Sequence record: PV730302.1
Strand: one strand, 5' to 3'
Source of the DNA: a phage
DNA length: 64,000 nucleotides
In this document: positions 1 through 8,626 of the stretch, one piece after another
Layout of the letters: every line of letters begins with the position of its first letter
Numbering within the stretch: position 1 is the stretch's first letter
The notes under the pieces: model-generated
What the model was told of the DNA's origin: nothing
What the model saw: the letters and a program-made list of their open reading frames with translations, nothing else
The model's database searches: none
Translations under genes and position numbers: made by a program

Positions 1-1227
1 AGCAATAGTAATATCGACCATAATACCGCCACCCACACCAGCAAAACTATATACACGTTTTTTAATGAACTTGGTCTTGGTGGCTTTCCACTTCGCATCG
101 GTCAATTCATTCCAGAGGTCGTCAGGTTGGCCTTTACGAGTTTTGTTATGCCGGGCCAGCCATTCACCTTTGTATTCTTCGAAAACGGTATTAATAGCAG
201 AGGCATATTTTTCTAGAGCTTTAACAGATGTCAAAGGTTCGTTTTTGATGGCCGTAAGAATTTTATCTTTAATTTTCTCTTGGATTTCGCCAATACCGTG
301 AAGTGGGAACAATTTATAGTCGTAATGCAATTCTTCAGCAGTGCCTTCAGCTACTATATTAGCAACCCTATTTTTAGCCGCAGGAGAATTGTTATTAATG
401 ACCATTTCCTGGGCCTCAGGGATTAATGGAACTGTTGCCGGTTTATTAAAATCCGCTGCAGTAGCTTCATATTTCTTAAACAATTCACTTTCATTACGAT
501 AAGATTCCAATGATTGGCTTGCTGCAATGGCGCGCCTAGAAATCTTAGTCTTGGTTATAACCATTTTATCAGTGCGACGTTCTTCAACCTTAGCAATACT
601 GCCGGCAATAGCAGTTTCTTTAGTAACCTGCACACCTTCTTTTTTGGAAATATAAACTTCACCGACATCAGAATCTACCTTAGTATACAATTCAGCATTA
701 ATTCCAGGCATACCTTTGATATCTTCGATATCAGCTTGTTTACGAACTACTAAGATGTAAGTATGTTTACCGGTAAATTGGTACATAGCCGGAACCACTT
801 TAAAACGTCCACCGGTTTTCTGTGCTACCAAACGTTGGATAATACGTTGAACGATAGGGCCTTGACCTTTCATTTTCTTGGTAGGAAAACGGAACATCAC
901 GGCATCCATACGAAGCTTTTTAACTTGGTCATAAACCACATCAAAAATAGTATTAATCGCATCTACAGGAGTAGGGCCAAGGCCACCTTTAAGTTCGGCT
1001 GGAGTACCTTTAGCTGAAAGGCTCATAAGGATAACGTGGGCATATTTATCACCCATTTTAACTTGTTTAATAGCATCACCTTCAGAAGCGTAGGATACCA
1101 TACGAGCAACTAATTGGGATTCTGCGTCGCCGATCTTCCAAATCTGGGGTACTTTAAGTTTAGGGTTCAAGTTTACTGTAGGCAGTGTGCCTTCGGACTC
1201 AAACACTTCATTTAATTGTTCGGTCAT
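1..1227 (-). CDS. alt: Alt ADP-ribosyltransferase, N-terminal about 409 codons; 3' end lies beyond the window start
   Basis: Hand translation of the minus strand from ATG at 1227 (MTEQLNEVFESEGTLPTVNL...ISRRAIAASQSLES...) matches the remembered T4 Alt N-terminal region; open frame runs to position 1; SD AAGAGGAA upstream. Confidence 0.75.
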   Translation of the reverse strand, partial: MTEQLNEVFESEGTLPTVNLNPKLKVPQIWKIGDAESQLVARMVSYASEGDAIKQVKMGDKYAHVILMSLSAKGTPAELKGGLGPTPVDAINTIFDVVYDQVKKLRMDAVMFRFPTKKMKGQGPIVQRIIQRLVAQKTGGRFKVVPAMYQFTGKHTYILVVRKQADIEDIKGMPGINAELYTKVDSDVGEVYISKKEGVQVTKETAIAGSIAKVEERRTDKMVITKTKISRRAIAASQSLESYRNESELFKKYEATAADFNKPATVPLIPEAQEMVINNNSPAAKNRVANIVAEGTAEELHYDYKLFPLHGIGEIQEKIKDKILTAIKNEPLTSVKALEKYASAINTVFEEYKGEWLARHNKTRKGQPDDLWNELTDAKWKATKTKFIKKRVYSFAGVGGGIMVDITIA

Positions 1228-1262
1228 AATAATTCCTCTTTAATAACCTTATTTATGCCAGA

Positions 1263-1278
1263 AAAGGCCCTAAGGCCT
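1263..1278 (-). other. Intercistronic stem-loop (aaggccctaaggcctt) between the ligase-distal small ORF and alt
   Basis: Perfect inverted repeat with 4-nt loop seen directly; no clear T-run. Confidence 0.4.
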
Positions 1279-1281
1279 TTA

Positions 1282-1464
1282 TTAAAGTACTAACAGCGTA
1301 CGGTACACTTCAAATTTAGGACCCTTTTCATAGCGGTCGAAATTATCTTTAAAATCGGCGAACGCGATTTCATTTTCAAATTCAAGGACAATTTGGGACA
1401 CTGCAGTGGAGACATCCCCACCTTCTTTATATCCAATAACCACGGTTTCTAAATAAGCTTTCAT
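1282..1464 (-). CDS. Hypothetical small protein (about 60 aa) downstream of DNA ligase
   Basis: ORF track 1282..1506; start moved to ATG at 1464, just after the ligase stop. Confidence 0.35.
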   Translation of the reverse strand: MKAYLETVVIGYKEGGDVSTAVSQIVLEFENEIAFADFKDNFDRYEKGPKFEVYRTLLVL

Positions 1465-1465
1465 A

Positions 1466-2989
1466 TTATAGTCCAGTTTGAGACCAATCACCAAATACAT
1501 CTTCAAATGTATCAGCTTCTGTTTTATCGAAACGCCAACCTTTAATAATTGGAAGGAAAATACCTACGGTATCAGTACGTCCTTTAGAGTGAACCCAACC
1601 ATTACATTCACAGTCGGCAATACGGCCAATCAATTTACCTTCACGAGCTTGTTTCATAAGAAGTTCACGGTCTAAATCAGGACGGTCTTCCAGTGGAATC
1701 AATACCTTTTTACCTGATTTATCTTTCTTATGGGTAGTATCTTTAAAGCCTGAGCCACAGTCACTTGTAATTCGACGGCAATGTGATACTAATTCAACAC
1801 CACCAAGTTTGTTAGGGTCCTTCGAGTGTTCATAATAACCTACCACTTCTAAAGCGATATCTATTACTTCTTTGAACTTGATAAGATTCTTAGAACGGCG
1901 ATTTTCCCAGTAGGAGTCCATGTTCTTAAGGATAATACCTTCCAGACCTTGGTCGACATATTTTTTATAAACGACTTTAGCTTCTTCAAGATTATTAACC
2001 CACTGGTTTTCGATAGCTTCAACACGCGTTGTGCCATGCAATACGACATTATGAGCAACCATAAGTTCTAAGGCTGTAAAGCGTACATCATACTTATCGC
2101 CTTTAATTTTACCTTCGGAATATACGACATCCAATGGGACATAATCCCATGCCTGTAATACCATACCAGCGGCTTCAGTAGCCGAAATAGTTCCTTGAAG
2201 AGCTTTGTTAGCCAAGCCATTTGACGTAGAACGATCGGCGACAGTTTGGAATTCCTTAGCCTTACTTAATTCAGGAAGTTCCTCGTCAAACATACTAAAC
2301 AAATCATTAGATGCTTTAGGTTCTACCTTAGGAGTATGGTAAACTAATTCGCCATCAATCATAACGCCATTAGGATGGCGTTGTCGAGCTTCTTCGGTCA
2401 TGGCCATTAATTCAGCAGCCAAAAGATTAAGCCCTTGATATTCATTACCACCACGAGTAAGGAATGTCACACCATCGTTACGAACTTCGGCAAAACAACG
2501 AGCACCATCAGCTTTTAATTGAGCAAACGCTGGCCATTTAATATTTTTCTTAATCAAAGCTTCATCATAAGAACTCGCCAACATCTGCGGTTGTTCAGGG
2601 ATTAAACCTTTCCAAACCTTGTTAGCAATAGAAATCGATGCACCACATTCAAGGTCGCGCATCATTACACGACGTAATACCTCGGCATCCGGGGCCTTAG
2701 CATCAGCAATGATTTGAGCCAGTTCTTCAATAGCCGCATTACCCGTAATCTTACGTGTGGCTAATGTGAATTCAGCGAAATCAAGAAGGTCTTCAAGAGT
2801 AATCATACCAAAGGATTGAGATGTAAATCCAGGTTCTGGCCACTTTTTAATACCGTAGTTCAGACGACGGGTATAAGCCATACGATAAACACGTTTCAGA
2901 AGCTCATTGTCCTTTTCACGAGCAATAATGGCTTCTTTAGCTTTAGTAGAATCAATAGCAGCAATTTCGTTTAAAATATCTAAAATCAT
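1466..2989 (-). CDS. 30: ATP-dependent DNA ligase (T4 gp30)
   Basis: Translation MILDILNEIAA...KRVYRMAYTRRLNYGIKKWPEPG...ECGASISIANKVW...LKADGARCFAEV...ECNGW closely matches remembered T4 DNA ligase; start set at ATG 2989 with SD GAGGTGA. Confidence 0.9.
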   Translation of the reverse strand: MILDILNEIAAIDSTKAKEAIIAREKDNELLKRVYRMAYTRRLNYGIKKWPEPGFTSQSFGMITLEDLLDFAEFTLATRKITGNAAIEELAQIIADAKAPDAEVLRRVMMRDLECGASISIANKVWKGLIPEQPQMLASSYDEALIKKNIKWPAFAQLKADGARCFAEVRNDGVTFLTRGGNEYQGLNLLAAELMAMTEEARQRHPNGVMIDGELVYHTPKVEPKASNDLFSMFDEELPELSKAKEFQTVADRSTSNGLANKALQGTISATEAAGMVLQAWDYVPLDVVYSEGKIKGDKYDVRFTALELMVAHNVVLHGTTRVEAIENQWVNNLEEAKVVYKKYVDQGLEGIILKNMDSYWENRRSKNLIKFKEVIDIALEVVGYYEHSKDPNKLGGVELVSHCRRITSDCGSGFKDTTHKKDKSGKKVLIPLEDRPDLDRELLMKQAREGKLIGRIADCECNGWVHSKGRTDTVGIFLPIIKGWRFDKTEADTFEDVFGDWSQTGL

Positions 2990-2999
2990 AATCACCTCA

Positions 3000-3278
3000 T
3001 TAGTCATGGATTCTATTATAAGCCACATCAGCCAAAAGCAAGTCTAATCGCTTATGATAAGAGAACACAAATCTCATTCGCCCATCAGATTTGAACTTGG
3101 ACATAAAGTGGACATAAATGAATCCCTGTTCGACGCATTCGCGCCAAACAGGATGGTCTTTAGCCGGATTTACATCAAATGAGTAATCATGATTCACATG
3201 ACGAATAAACTGGTTTACATGACCATAATCCATTGTAGTGGTAGGACCATAGTCTGAAATTGTATGAACTACAAACAT
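3000..3278 (-). CDS. Hypothetical protein (30.x region)
   Basis: ORF track 3000..3311; start moved to internal ATG at 3278, adjacent to the upstream ORF stop. Confidence 0.35.
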   Translation of the reverse strand: MFVVHTISDYGPTTTMDYGHVNQFIRHVNHDYSFDVNPAKDHPVWRECVEQGFIYVHFMSKFKSDGRMRFVFSYHKRLDLLLADVAYNRIHD

Positions 3279-3279
3279 A

Positions 3280-3918
3280 TTAACCTCGAGCAATCCATTC
3301 AACTGCGGCATTATTACGAAGGGATTCGATGGCTGCGATATCGTCCCATGAATTAACCTTTACGGCTAAATTAGGTTTAAAGTCACGTTCACCACGAGCT
3401 AACCAATAAACTTGGATATCCATGAGAACATTAGATGCAGCATCACAGTGGTGAGCCAAATCATCAACATAAAACTTAATACGTTTACCGTACGTATTTT
3501 TAGCTCTTATGAAGAGGTCTTCTTTTGATTCTGAATGACCACACATCAGAATCTCCTTGAATGCGCCAGGGAACAAAGCATTCAAATTGAATTGTCTATT
3601 CAGCAGGGCATCAATTGAGTCGCCTAGCGCAGTCACGGCTACAAAATCGAAGTCTTTTTTGAGCTTGTTGATATGTTTTAATGCGTCCATGTAAGGAGAC
3701 AGATAACGAATAAAATCTGACTGATTGTACTTCTCGATTAAACGAGCGCCTAATTCATTATCACAATTAAACAGCTCGCCTGGAGATAAGAAACGTTCGT
3801 CCTGAATCATATTCAAAATATGTTCTAAAGGCAAATTATATTTCTGTGCGAAATAAGGCAAGCCGGACTGCCAACTTAAACATACTCCATCGATATCTGT
3901 TAAGATAACTGGTTTCAT
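3280..3918 (-). CDS. HAD-superfamily hydrolase-like protein
   Basis: N-terminal ILTDIDGV (HAD motif I, DxDG) and later YVDD (motif IV-like) seen in the translation. Confidence 0.5.
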   Translation of the reverse strand: MKPVILTDIDGVCLSWQSGLPYFAQKYNLPLEHILNMIQDERFLSPGELFNCDNELGARLIEKYNQSDFIRYLSPYMDALKHINKLKKDFDFVAVTALGDSIDALLNRQFNLNALFPGAFKEILMCGHSESKEDLFIRAKNTYGKRIKFYVDDLAHHCDAASNVLMDIQVYWLARGERDFKPNLAVKVNSWDDIAAIESLRNNAAVEWIARG

Positions 3919-4382
3919 AATAAATCTCTCAATTTGTTTAGGATGTCGATAAACTCTTTTTCAGTTAGTATTGTATCACATTCTGTAAGGTGGCTTGCCA
4001 TAGAATGCTTTAAAACTTTGCCCTTTGTAGCTTGTAACGCATCGCGAAATCCTGGGTTTTGGATCGCTGCTTCAAAATAAGCATTTTCGTACAACTCTTT
4101 CCATGCTGTAGAGTATCTTGAAATGGGAGTTCCAAGCCAGAACAGCGTCCCGCGGTCCGCAGCTCTAGCATAAGCTCTTCCAGTTTGTTGTGCGGCCAGA
4201 CCGGACATCCCAAATATACGTTTTTGTTGTTCAACATTTTTCACCTTACACCCTTGGAGGAATCCTTCGAGTCCTCCAAATTGGATACCATCCATAACGA
4301 AAGGCCATTTAGCAAAGTTACTTAATGCGCATGATGGCCATGGGAAGTTGCTTCTAATTTCTAATTCAGACATCTTTGACAC
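3915..4382 (-). CDS. NADAR/YbiA-like (DUF1768-like) protein, putative ADP-ribose-processing N-glycosidase
   Basis: Translation contains SNFAKWPF..DGIQF..LEGFLQGCK and downstream W...A.....A..Q pattern resembling E. coli YbiA (SNFAAWPI..DGKTW..SEHYFQAQK) from memory; not a computed alignment. Confidence 0.45.
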   Translation of the reverse strand: MSKMSELEIRSNFPWPSCALSNFAKWPFVMDGIQFGGLEGFLQGCKVKNVEQQKRIFGMSGLAAQQTGRAYARAADRGTLFWLGTPISRYSTAWKELYENAYFEAAIQNPGFRDALQATKGKVLKHSMASHLTECDTILTEKEFIDILNKLRDLL

Positions 4383-4581
4383 TTATAATTTCAACATCAG
4401 CCCAATGCCCATAACCCGGCAGACGGTCTTCAATAGATAATCCGCCATCAGATTTCAGCATTTTAATTGTCATGATATAAGGGTCTAAATGGTCTGCCGT
4501 ATGAGGAGAAACATCAGTCACACGATAAGTCACTTCGACCATTTCCGTACCTAATAATTTCTGAATCAATTTCTTAAACAT
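4366..4581 (-). CDS. Hypothetical protein (71 aa)
   Basis: ORF on the early strand, tightly packed with neighbours. Confidence 0.35.
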   Translation of the reverse strand: MFKKLIQKLLGTEMVEVTYRVTDVSPHTADHLDPYIMTIKMLKSDGGLSIEDRLPGYGHWADVEIISVKDV

Positions 4582-4582
4582 A

Positions 4583-4777
4583 TTATCCTCGCTTTAAACA
4601 TTTGATTACAGACAGTTCACCACCCATGCGAACGTCTTCAGTTCCATCGACCCATAAGACGGTGTAGGCTTCTTTAATAGTATCATTACCTAATTTAAAA
4701 GCAGGTAGAACCTTGGAAATCATTCCGGGAATACCTACACCTTTTAACTGAACCGTTTGCGATAAGAATAATTTCAT
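4583..4777 (-). CDS. Hypothetical protein (64 aa)
   Basis: ORF on the early strand, abuts neighbours. Confidence 0.35.
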   Translation of the reverse strand: MKLFLSQTVQLKGVGIPGMISKVLPAFKLGNDTIKEAYTVLWVDGTEDVRMGGELSVIKCLKRG

Positions 4778-4778
4778 G

Positions 4779-5087
4779 TTAGCCTCGGTATTTCATTTGG
4801 AAGCAATGCTGCTCGTTACATTCAATAAAGAACTTGCGGTCTGCAGCAGAAATAATAATTCGTTCGTCTTGACGGGCGTCCGTTTTGATAGATTTCATAT
4901 CATAAGACACTTTATCATACGGTATATAGATTTTATACACGTCGCCATTCTGGGCGAAATCAACACGGAATAGCTCTAGACCTATTAAATCAGTTACAAG
5001 ACTGTTTATAGCATAGAACCCGTCAAGCTGACTAGTAGGCAAACAGTACCATTTACCTTCAATAAACTCTAACATAATTAACCTCAA
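4779..5087 (-). CDS. Hypothetical protein; C-terminus ...HCFQMKYRG
   Basis: ORF track; start uncertain. Confidence 0.35.
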   Translation of the reverse strand: MRLIMLEFIEGKWYCLPTSQLDGFYAINSLVTDLIGLELFRVDFAQNGDVYKIYIPYDKVSYDMKSIKTDARQDERIIISAADRKFFIECNEQHCFQMKYRG

Positions 5088-5371
5088 TATCTCATCTGAA
5101 AGCCGTGTGATTTAACATTACCACCATAGATGTCAGAGGTATTGACTTCACGGGCGACACTTGGGTCGATATTGATATCATGGTTGAGCTTAGTGATTGC
5201 TAGGGTATCACGACCATTAACAGTACGGAATTCTACAGGGCATACAACATCGGCATAAGCCTTAATAGATTCACGAGTAGGTTGTTTGTCGGCAGGAACG
5301 TCTTTACCTGCTTTAGAGAAAACAACTTCACAGAAATTTTTACGAGTATCAAAATAAGTGGTCATAAACAT
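5084..5371 (-). CDS. Hypothetical protein; C-terminus ...HGFQMRY
   Basis: ORF track 5084..5404; start moved to ATG 5371 (MFMTTYF) with SD GAGGA 8 nt upstream; the longer N-terminus would span a tetraloop hairpin. Confidence 0.4.
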   Translation of the reverse strand: MFMTTYFDTRKNFCEVVFSKAGKDVPADKQPTRESIKAYADVVCPVEFRTVNGRDTLAITKLNHDINIDPSVAREVNTSDIYGGNVKSHGFQMRY

Positions 5372-5386
5372 AATATTTTCCTCAAA

Positions 5387-5402
5387 GGAGGCCGAAGCCT
5401 CC
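5387..5402 (-). other. CUUCGG-tetraloop hairpin (ggaggccgaagcctcc)
   Basis: Perfect 6-bp stem with UUCG loop in minus-strand sense, located between ORFs. Confidence 0.5.
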
Positions 5403-5412
5403 ATTTTTAAGA

Positions 5413-5778
5413 TTAGATATCGAATTCGTTCAGAACTACATCAAAGATTGCTTCCAGGTGTTCAGGTTTAGCTCGGTTGCTCAGGATGTGACGAATCCAA
5501 GTTTTAACCAGAAGCTTACGATTAACACCGTTCCAGCAAGGATGGGTACCTAAATCACGTTGACGGAAATCGTCATCTAAAGCGATTTTAAAAGTAGAAC
5601 CTTCCATTGTGATTGAAACCGTAATACCATTTTCAAAGCGCATATAAACGTAGTTAGGAGTCATGCACTGTTCGATTTCGCACACGGTGCCGTTGTTGTG
5701 TTTCCACAGGCAAATAACTTCAGAAGAACCAGCGATACCGTTAGAAACATATTTACGTTCGAAGTTGATGTAGTTCAT
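5413..5778 (-). CDS. Hypothetical protein (121 aa)
   Basis: ORF track; preceded by a conserved promoter/leader cassette. Confidence 0.45.
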   Translation of the reverse strand: MNYINFERKYVSNGIAGSSEVICLWKHNNGTVCEIEQCMTPNYVYMRFENGITVSITMEGSTFKIALDDDFRQRDLGTHPCWNGVNRKLLVKTWIRHILSNRAKPEHLEAIFDVVLNEFDI

Positions 5779-5850
5779 TTTATTCTCCAGTTTGTTTTCG
5801 TATTATTTGGTACAGGTCTATAATAACACAACCTGTACCAAAGTAAACTG
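5779..5850 (-). promoter_or_regulatory. Early-type promoter plus conserved 36-nt 5' leader (copy 1)
   Basis: Minus sense GTTTAC-17 nt-TATTAT, then leader tgtaccaaataatacgaaaacaaactggagaataaaATG; 9-bp inverted repeat ggtacaggt/acctgtacc flanks the -10. Confidence 0.45.
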
Positions 5851-5852
5851 TT

Positions 5853-6221
5853 TTATGCAACTTTAATCCAATTATCTAAATTTAATTCACCTTTAGCTTT
5901 CATTTTTTCAATCAACTCATCAGCAGTAGTGCGACCATTTTGATACCATGTAACATCTTCAGAATAACCAGTTTCTTCATCTTCATAAGTCTTACAACGA
6001 ATCTTACCAAGAATCAAAGTTTTCAGTTCGTAGGTATCACCGGTAAAAAAGTTTGTTACTATAATTTTCCAAGAGAAGTCATCAGAAGGACCTTCCGGAG
6101 TCATGCAACCTACAAATTCAAATTGTTCTTTGTACAAGTGCCATTGCATTTCTTTGGTTTCGATAGCTTTATAACCGTCGTGGTCTTTACCTTTGATGTA
6201 TGAGTTAAGATTGATTTTCAT
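5853..6221 (-). CDS. Hypothetical protein (122 aa)
   Basis: ORF track; same leader cassette upstream as the 5413..5778 gene. Confidence 0.45.
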   Translation of the reverse strand: MKINLNSYIKGKDHDGYKAIETKEMQWHLYKEQFEFVGCMTPEGPSDDFSWKIIVTNFFTGDTYELKTLILGKIRCKTYEDEETGYSEDVTWYQNGRTTADELIEKMKAKGELNLDNWIKVA

Positions 6222-6300
6222 TTTATTCTCCAGTTTGTTTTCGTATTATTTGGTACATGTCTATAGTATCATGCCTACCGGAGATGTACACCCTTTTTTT
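6222..6300 (-). promoter_or_regulatory. Early-type promoter plus conserved 36-nt 5' leader (copy 2)
   Basis: Identical 39 nt (including ATG) to 5776..5814; upstream GTGTAC and TACTAT elements. Confidence 0.45.
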
Positions 6301-6304
6301 AAAG

Positions 6305-6338
6305 ATTTAGAAACAAAAATGGGACTCCGAAGAGTCCC
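6305..6338 (-). terminator. Rho-independent terminator (gggactc-cgaa-gagtccc, then T-run in minus sense)
   Basis: 7-bp perfect stem at 6321..6338 followed on the minus strand by ATTTTTGTTT. Confidence 0.6.
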
Positions 6339-6343
6339 ATAAC

Positions 6344-6505
6344 TTATGCCTGAGGCTTACCAAAGCAAGCAGCATCTGCACGCAATACTGCACGAGCACG
6401 AGCTTGAAGCTTATCAACTACCTGATTGATACGCTTGTTGGACGCACGCTTGTAACCAGCGCGTTTAGAGGTACCGTCAACTACTTTAACTTCTTTCTTA
6501 GCCAT
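6344..6505 (-). CDS. Small basic protein (53 aa; MAKKEVKVVDGTSKRAGYKRASNKRINQ...)
   Basis: Hand-translated ORF below the 60-aa track threshold; preceded by a long leader and followed directly by a terminator. Confidence 0.35.
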   Translation of the reverse strand: MAKKEVKVVDGTSKRAGYKRASNKRINQVVDKLQARARAVLRADAACFGKPQA

Positions 6506-6768
6506 TTTTAAATCTCTTAAATTAGGATGCAGGACTTATTGGCGTTGCCTGCGCAAGCCCTCAAGGGGAACATAGGTTTCGGATATTTAACGACAGGATA
6601 ACCATAAACCTCGTCATCATACCAACCACGACTTAGACAGATAACCTTTTTCTGACGCGTGATAGTACAAAATACATTCAAGAGGTACACCGTAAAACTG
6701 TTGGGGTCTTAAAACTATAATGATTCGCAAATCATTAATCAAACAGTTCGACGGCTCCTCGATTTAAC

Positions 6769-7017
6769 TTACTTCAGGGTAATAATAAAATGACGTACTG
6801 CTTTACGAGCTGCTGAAGCCAAAGGCTTAGCAAATTTCAGTTCATCTTTAGCTTCCAGTTCAGCAGCCAGAGTAGCCTGAGCTGGGTTCAGATGTTTGAA
6901 ATAACGCAGGATTTCCAGTGCTTCGGCTTCAACATCAATAGATGCGCCGTAGTTTTCGTGACCGTTGTTCCAAGCGTTGCGTTGCAGTTCAAGAGCGTGA
7001 TTCAGATGTTTGTTCAT
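6769..7017 (-). CDS. rIII: rIII lysis-inhibition accessory protein
   Basis: 82 aa, same size and position (between 31 and the 30.x ORFs) as T4 rIII. Confidence 0.7.
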   Translation of the reverse strand: MNKHLNHALELQRNAWNNGHENYGASIDVEAEALEILRYFKHLNPAQATLAAELEAKDELKFAKPLASAARKAVRHFIITLK

Positions 7018-7163
7018 TTTAAATTCTCAATTCGAGATAAAGATTGGTGGACACGTTCTTCTGAATTTCACTTCCTTTCGGCAAGTCTCTCAGTTGTAGT
7101 CCACCGCTTAGGATTCTCCGGTTAACTAACTAGTCCGGCAGCCAATCCATATTATTATTTATA

Positions 7164-7487
7164 TCACTTATAAAGACACGGAATAGCTTTATAGTGACAG
7201 GTAACGAATTTTTGTTTAATTTCTTTAGGTTGTTTAATACCTAATGCAACCAACGGATGAGGCACGTTAGCAATCTTACCAACAGGAAGTGGAGTCAAAT
7301 CACCTACTTCACAAAAATCTTCAGGGACATCAGGTCCTACAGAATAAATTTCACAAAGTTCAGGGATTTCACCTTGATGAAGTTTGCCAATAACGATACC
7401 AGATGCAGTAGTTTCTTCATCACCAGCTTGTTTTGGTTCGGAAACGAGAATAACATATTCTCCGACCGCTTTAATAGGAAGTTCCAT
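7164..7487 (-). CDS. 31: gp31 co-chaperonin (GroES analogue for capsid folding)
   Basis: Translation [22 protein letters not shown]...[23 protein letters not shown] matches remembered T4 gp31. Confidence 0.9.
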   Translation of the reverse strand: MELPIKAVGEYVILVSEPKQAGDEETTASGIVIGKLHQGEIPELCEIYSVGPDVPEDFCEVGDLTPLPVGKIANVPHPLVALGIKQPKEIKQKFVTCHYKAIPCLYK

Positions 7488-7514
7488 ATTTAATCCATAT
7501 TGTTTTGTTGATAG

Positions 7515-7548
7515 ATTAATAATAACACGCTATTCTTAAAGCATATTA
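7515..7548 (-). promoter_or_regulatory. Middle-type promoter for gene 31 (MotA box ATGCTTTA, 12 nt, TATTAT)
   Basis: Minus sense aaTATGCTTTAagaatagcgtgtTATTAT seen directly; matches T4 middle promoter architecture. Confidence 0.5.
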
Positions 7549-7845
7549 CAGGACAAGCAGAGTTTCAGTCTGAAGGCCGTTAATGGAAATCAGCTTATCG
7601 AAACGGAATGAGCGCCAATCACTGGCCTTAGTATCAAATACTCTGATATAATTAACAGGTTCTTTATTGGCTTCTGGTCCAGGGGCCTGGACTTCTTTAT
7701 ACGGAAGCAGGTCTAAGTCACGTGTACAAGTCATACGACGGGCACTACCATCAGCCTTTTCAAACAGGACTTCATGAGTACCGACAGACAAAATAGTCTT
7801 GACTTTTTCACGGAGACGAATTGTTTCTTGTTCAGTTAAAATCAT
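7546..7845 (-). CDS. Hypothetical protein (99 aa)
   Basis: ORF track. Confidence 0.4.
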   Translation of the reverse strand: MILTEQETIRLREKVKTILSVGTHEVLFEKADGSARRMTCTRDLDLLPYKEVQAPGPEANKEPVNYIRVFDTKASDWRSFRFDKLISINGLQTETLLVL

Positions 7846-7847
7846 AA

Positions 7848-8081
7848 TTACCCCAGAATAGTTTTTATAGTGGTTGCATTACGCTCTTTTAGAGCATTTA
7901 AGAGCCTATGGCAATTATCAAGAATAGGTACTGTTTTGTAATTCATGTTGGCATAAACCCACTCAGATTTATAGTACGATTTCCATCGAGAGAAAAAGTA
8001 CTTTTTGTATTCTACTGAATAGGCTACTAAGCTTTCGCCTTTTGAGTTCAGACCTGAAAACTTAACTAGACGAAATTTCAT
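7848..8081 (-). CDS. Hypothetical protein (77 aa)
   Basis: ORF track; abuts the cd stop. Confidence 0.4.
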   Translation of the reverse strand: MKFRLVKFSGLNSKGESLVAYSVEYKKYFFSRWKSYYKSEWVYANMNYKTVPILDNCHRLLNALKERNATTIKTILG

Positions 8082-8626
8082 TATTCACCACAATAGTTTT
8101 GAATTGATTCCCAGTTCAAAGAACGGAGACCTGTACGGTTATACTGGATAACTTCGATGCCTGATTCACGGAGGATATCGTCCCACCCTTCAGGATTTCG
8201 GTCATAGAGCTCAGCATAAACCAATGTTTTAATTCCAGACTGCGCAATAGACTTAGCACAATCCGCGCAAGGAGATAACGTCACGTACATCGTAGCGCCA
8301 TCAATAGAACTTCCGGTACGAGCTGCAAACAAAATAGCATTCAGTTCAGCATGGATTTCATTTTTGGATGACCATGCAGCGTGAGCCATACGGTGTTCTT
8401 TAAGAAGAACAGATTTATGCGACATCCGCGTCGGGTCGTACACGACACGAGTCCAGTCCTGTTCCACTGCGTGGTCACAACAGTTCACACCACCGGACGG
8501 TGAACCGTTATACCCTGTAGAAATAATGCGGCCATTCTTTTCAATAACCGCACCCACTTTCCATGAACAACATTTTGATTCCTGAGAAATCAGATAGGCA
8601 ATCTGAAGATATGTACTTGCTTTCAT
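8081..8626 (-). CDS. cd: dCMP deaminase
   Basis: Zinc-dependent cytidine/dCMP deaminase motifs HAELNAI and SPCADCAK in the translation; position matches T4 cd. Confidence 0.9.
   Translation of the reverse strand: MKASTYLQIAYLISQESKCCSWKVGAVIEKNGRIISTGYNGSPSGGVNCCDHAVEQDWTRVVYDPTRMSHKSVLLKEHRMAHAAWSSKNEIHAELNAILFAARTGSSIDGATMYVTLSPCADCAKSIAQSGIKTLVYAELYDRNPEGWDDILRESGIEVIQYNRTGLRSLNWESIQNYCGE

Noticed and set aside
514-1017. Plus-strand ORFs (514..753, 763..1017, also 65..301) inside the alt coding region
   Set aside because: They are antisense to a well-supported minus-strand gene with a recognisable protein, and their translations are low-complexity; likely frame artefacts.
1228-1262. Late promoter for alt (CATAAATA in minus sense)
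   Set aside because: One mismatch from the strict TATAAATA late-promoter core; plausible but not called as a feature.
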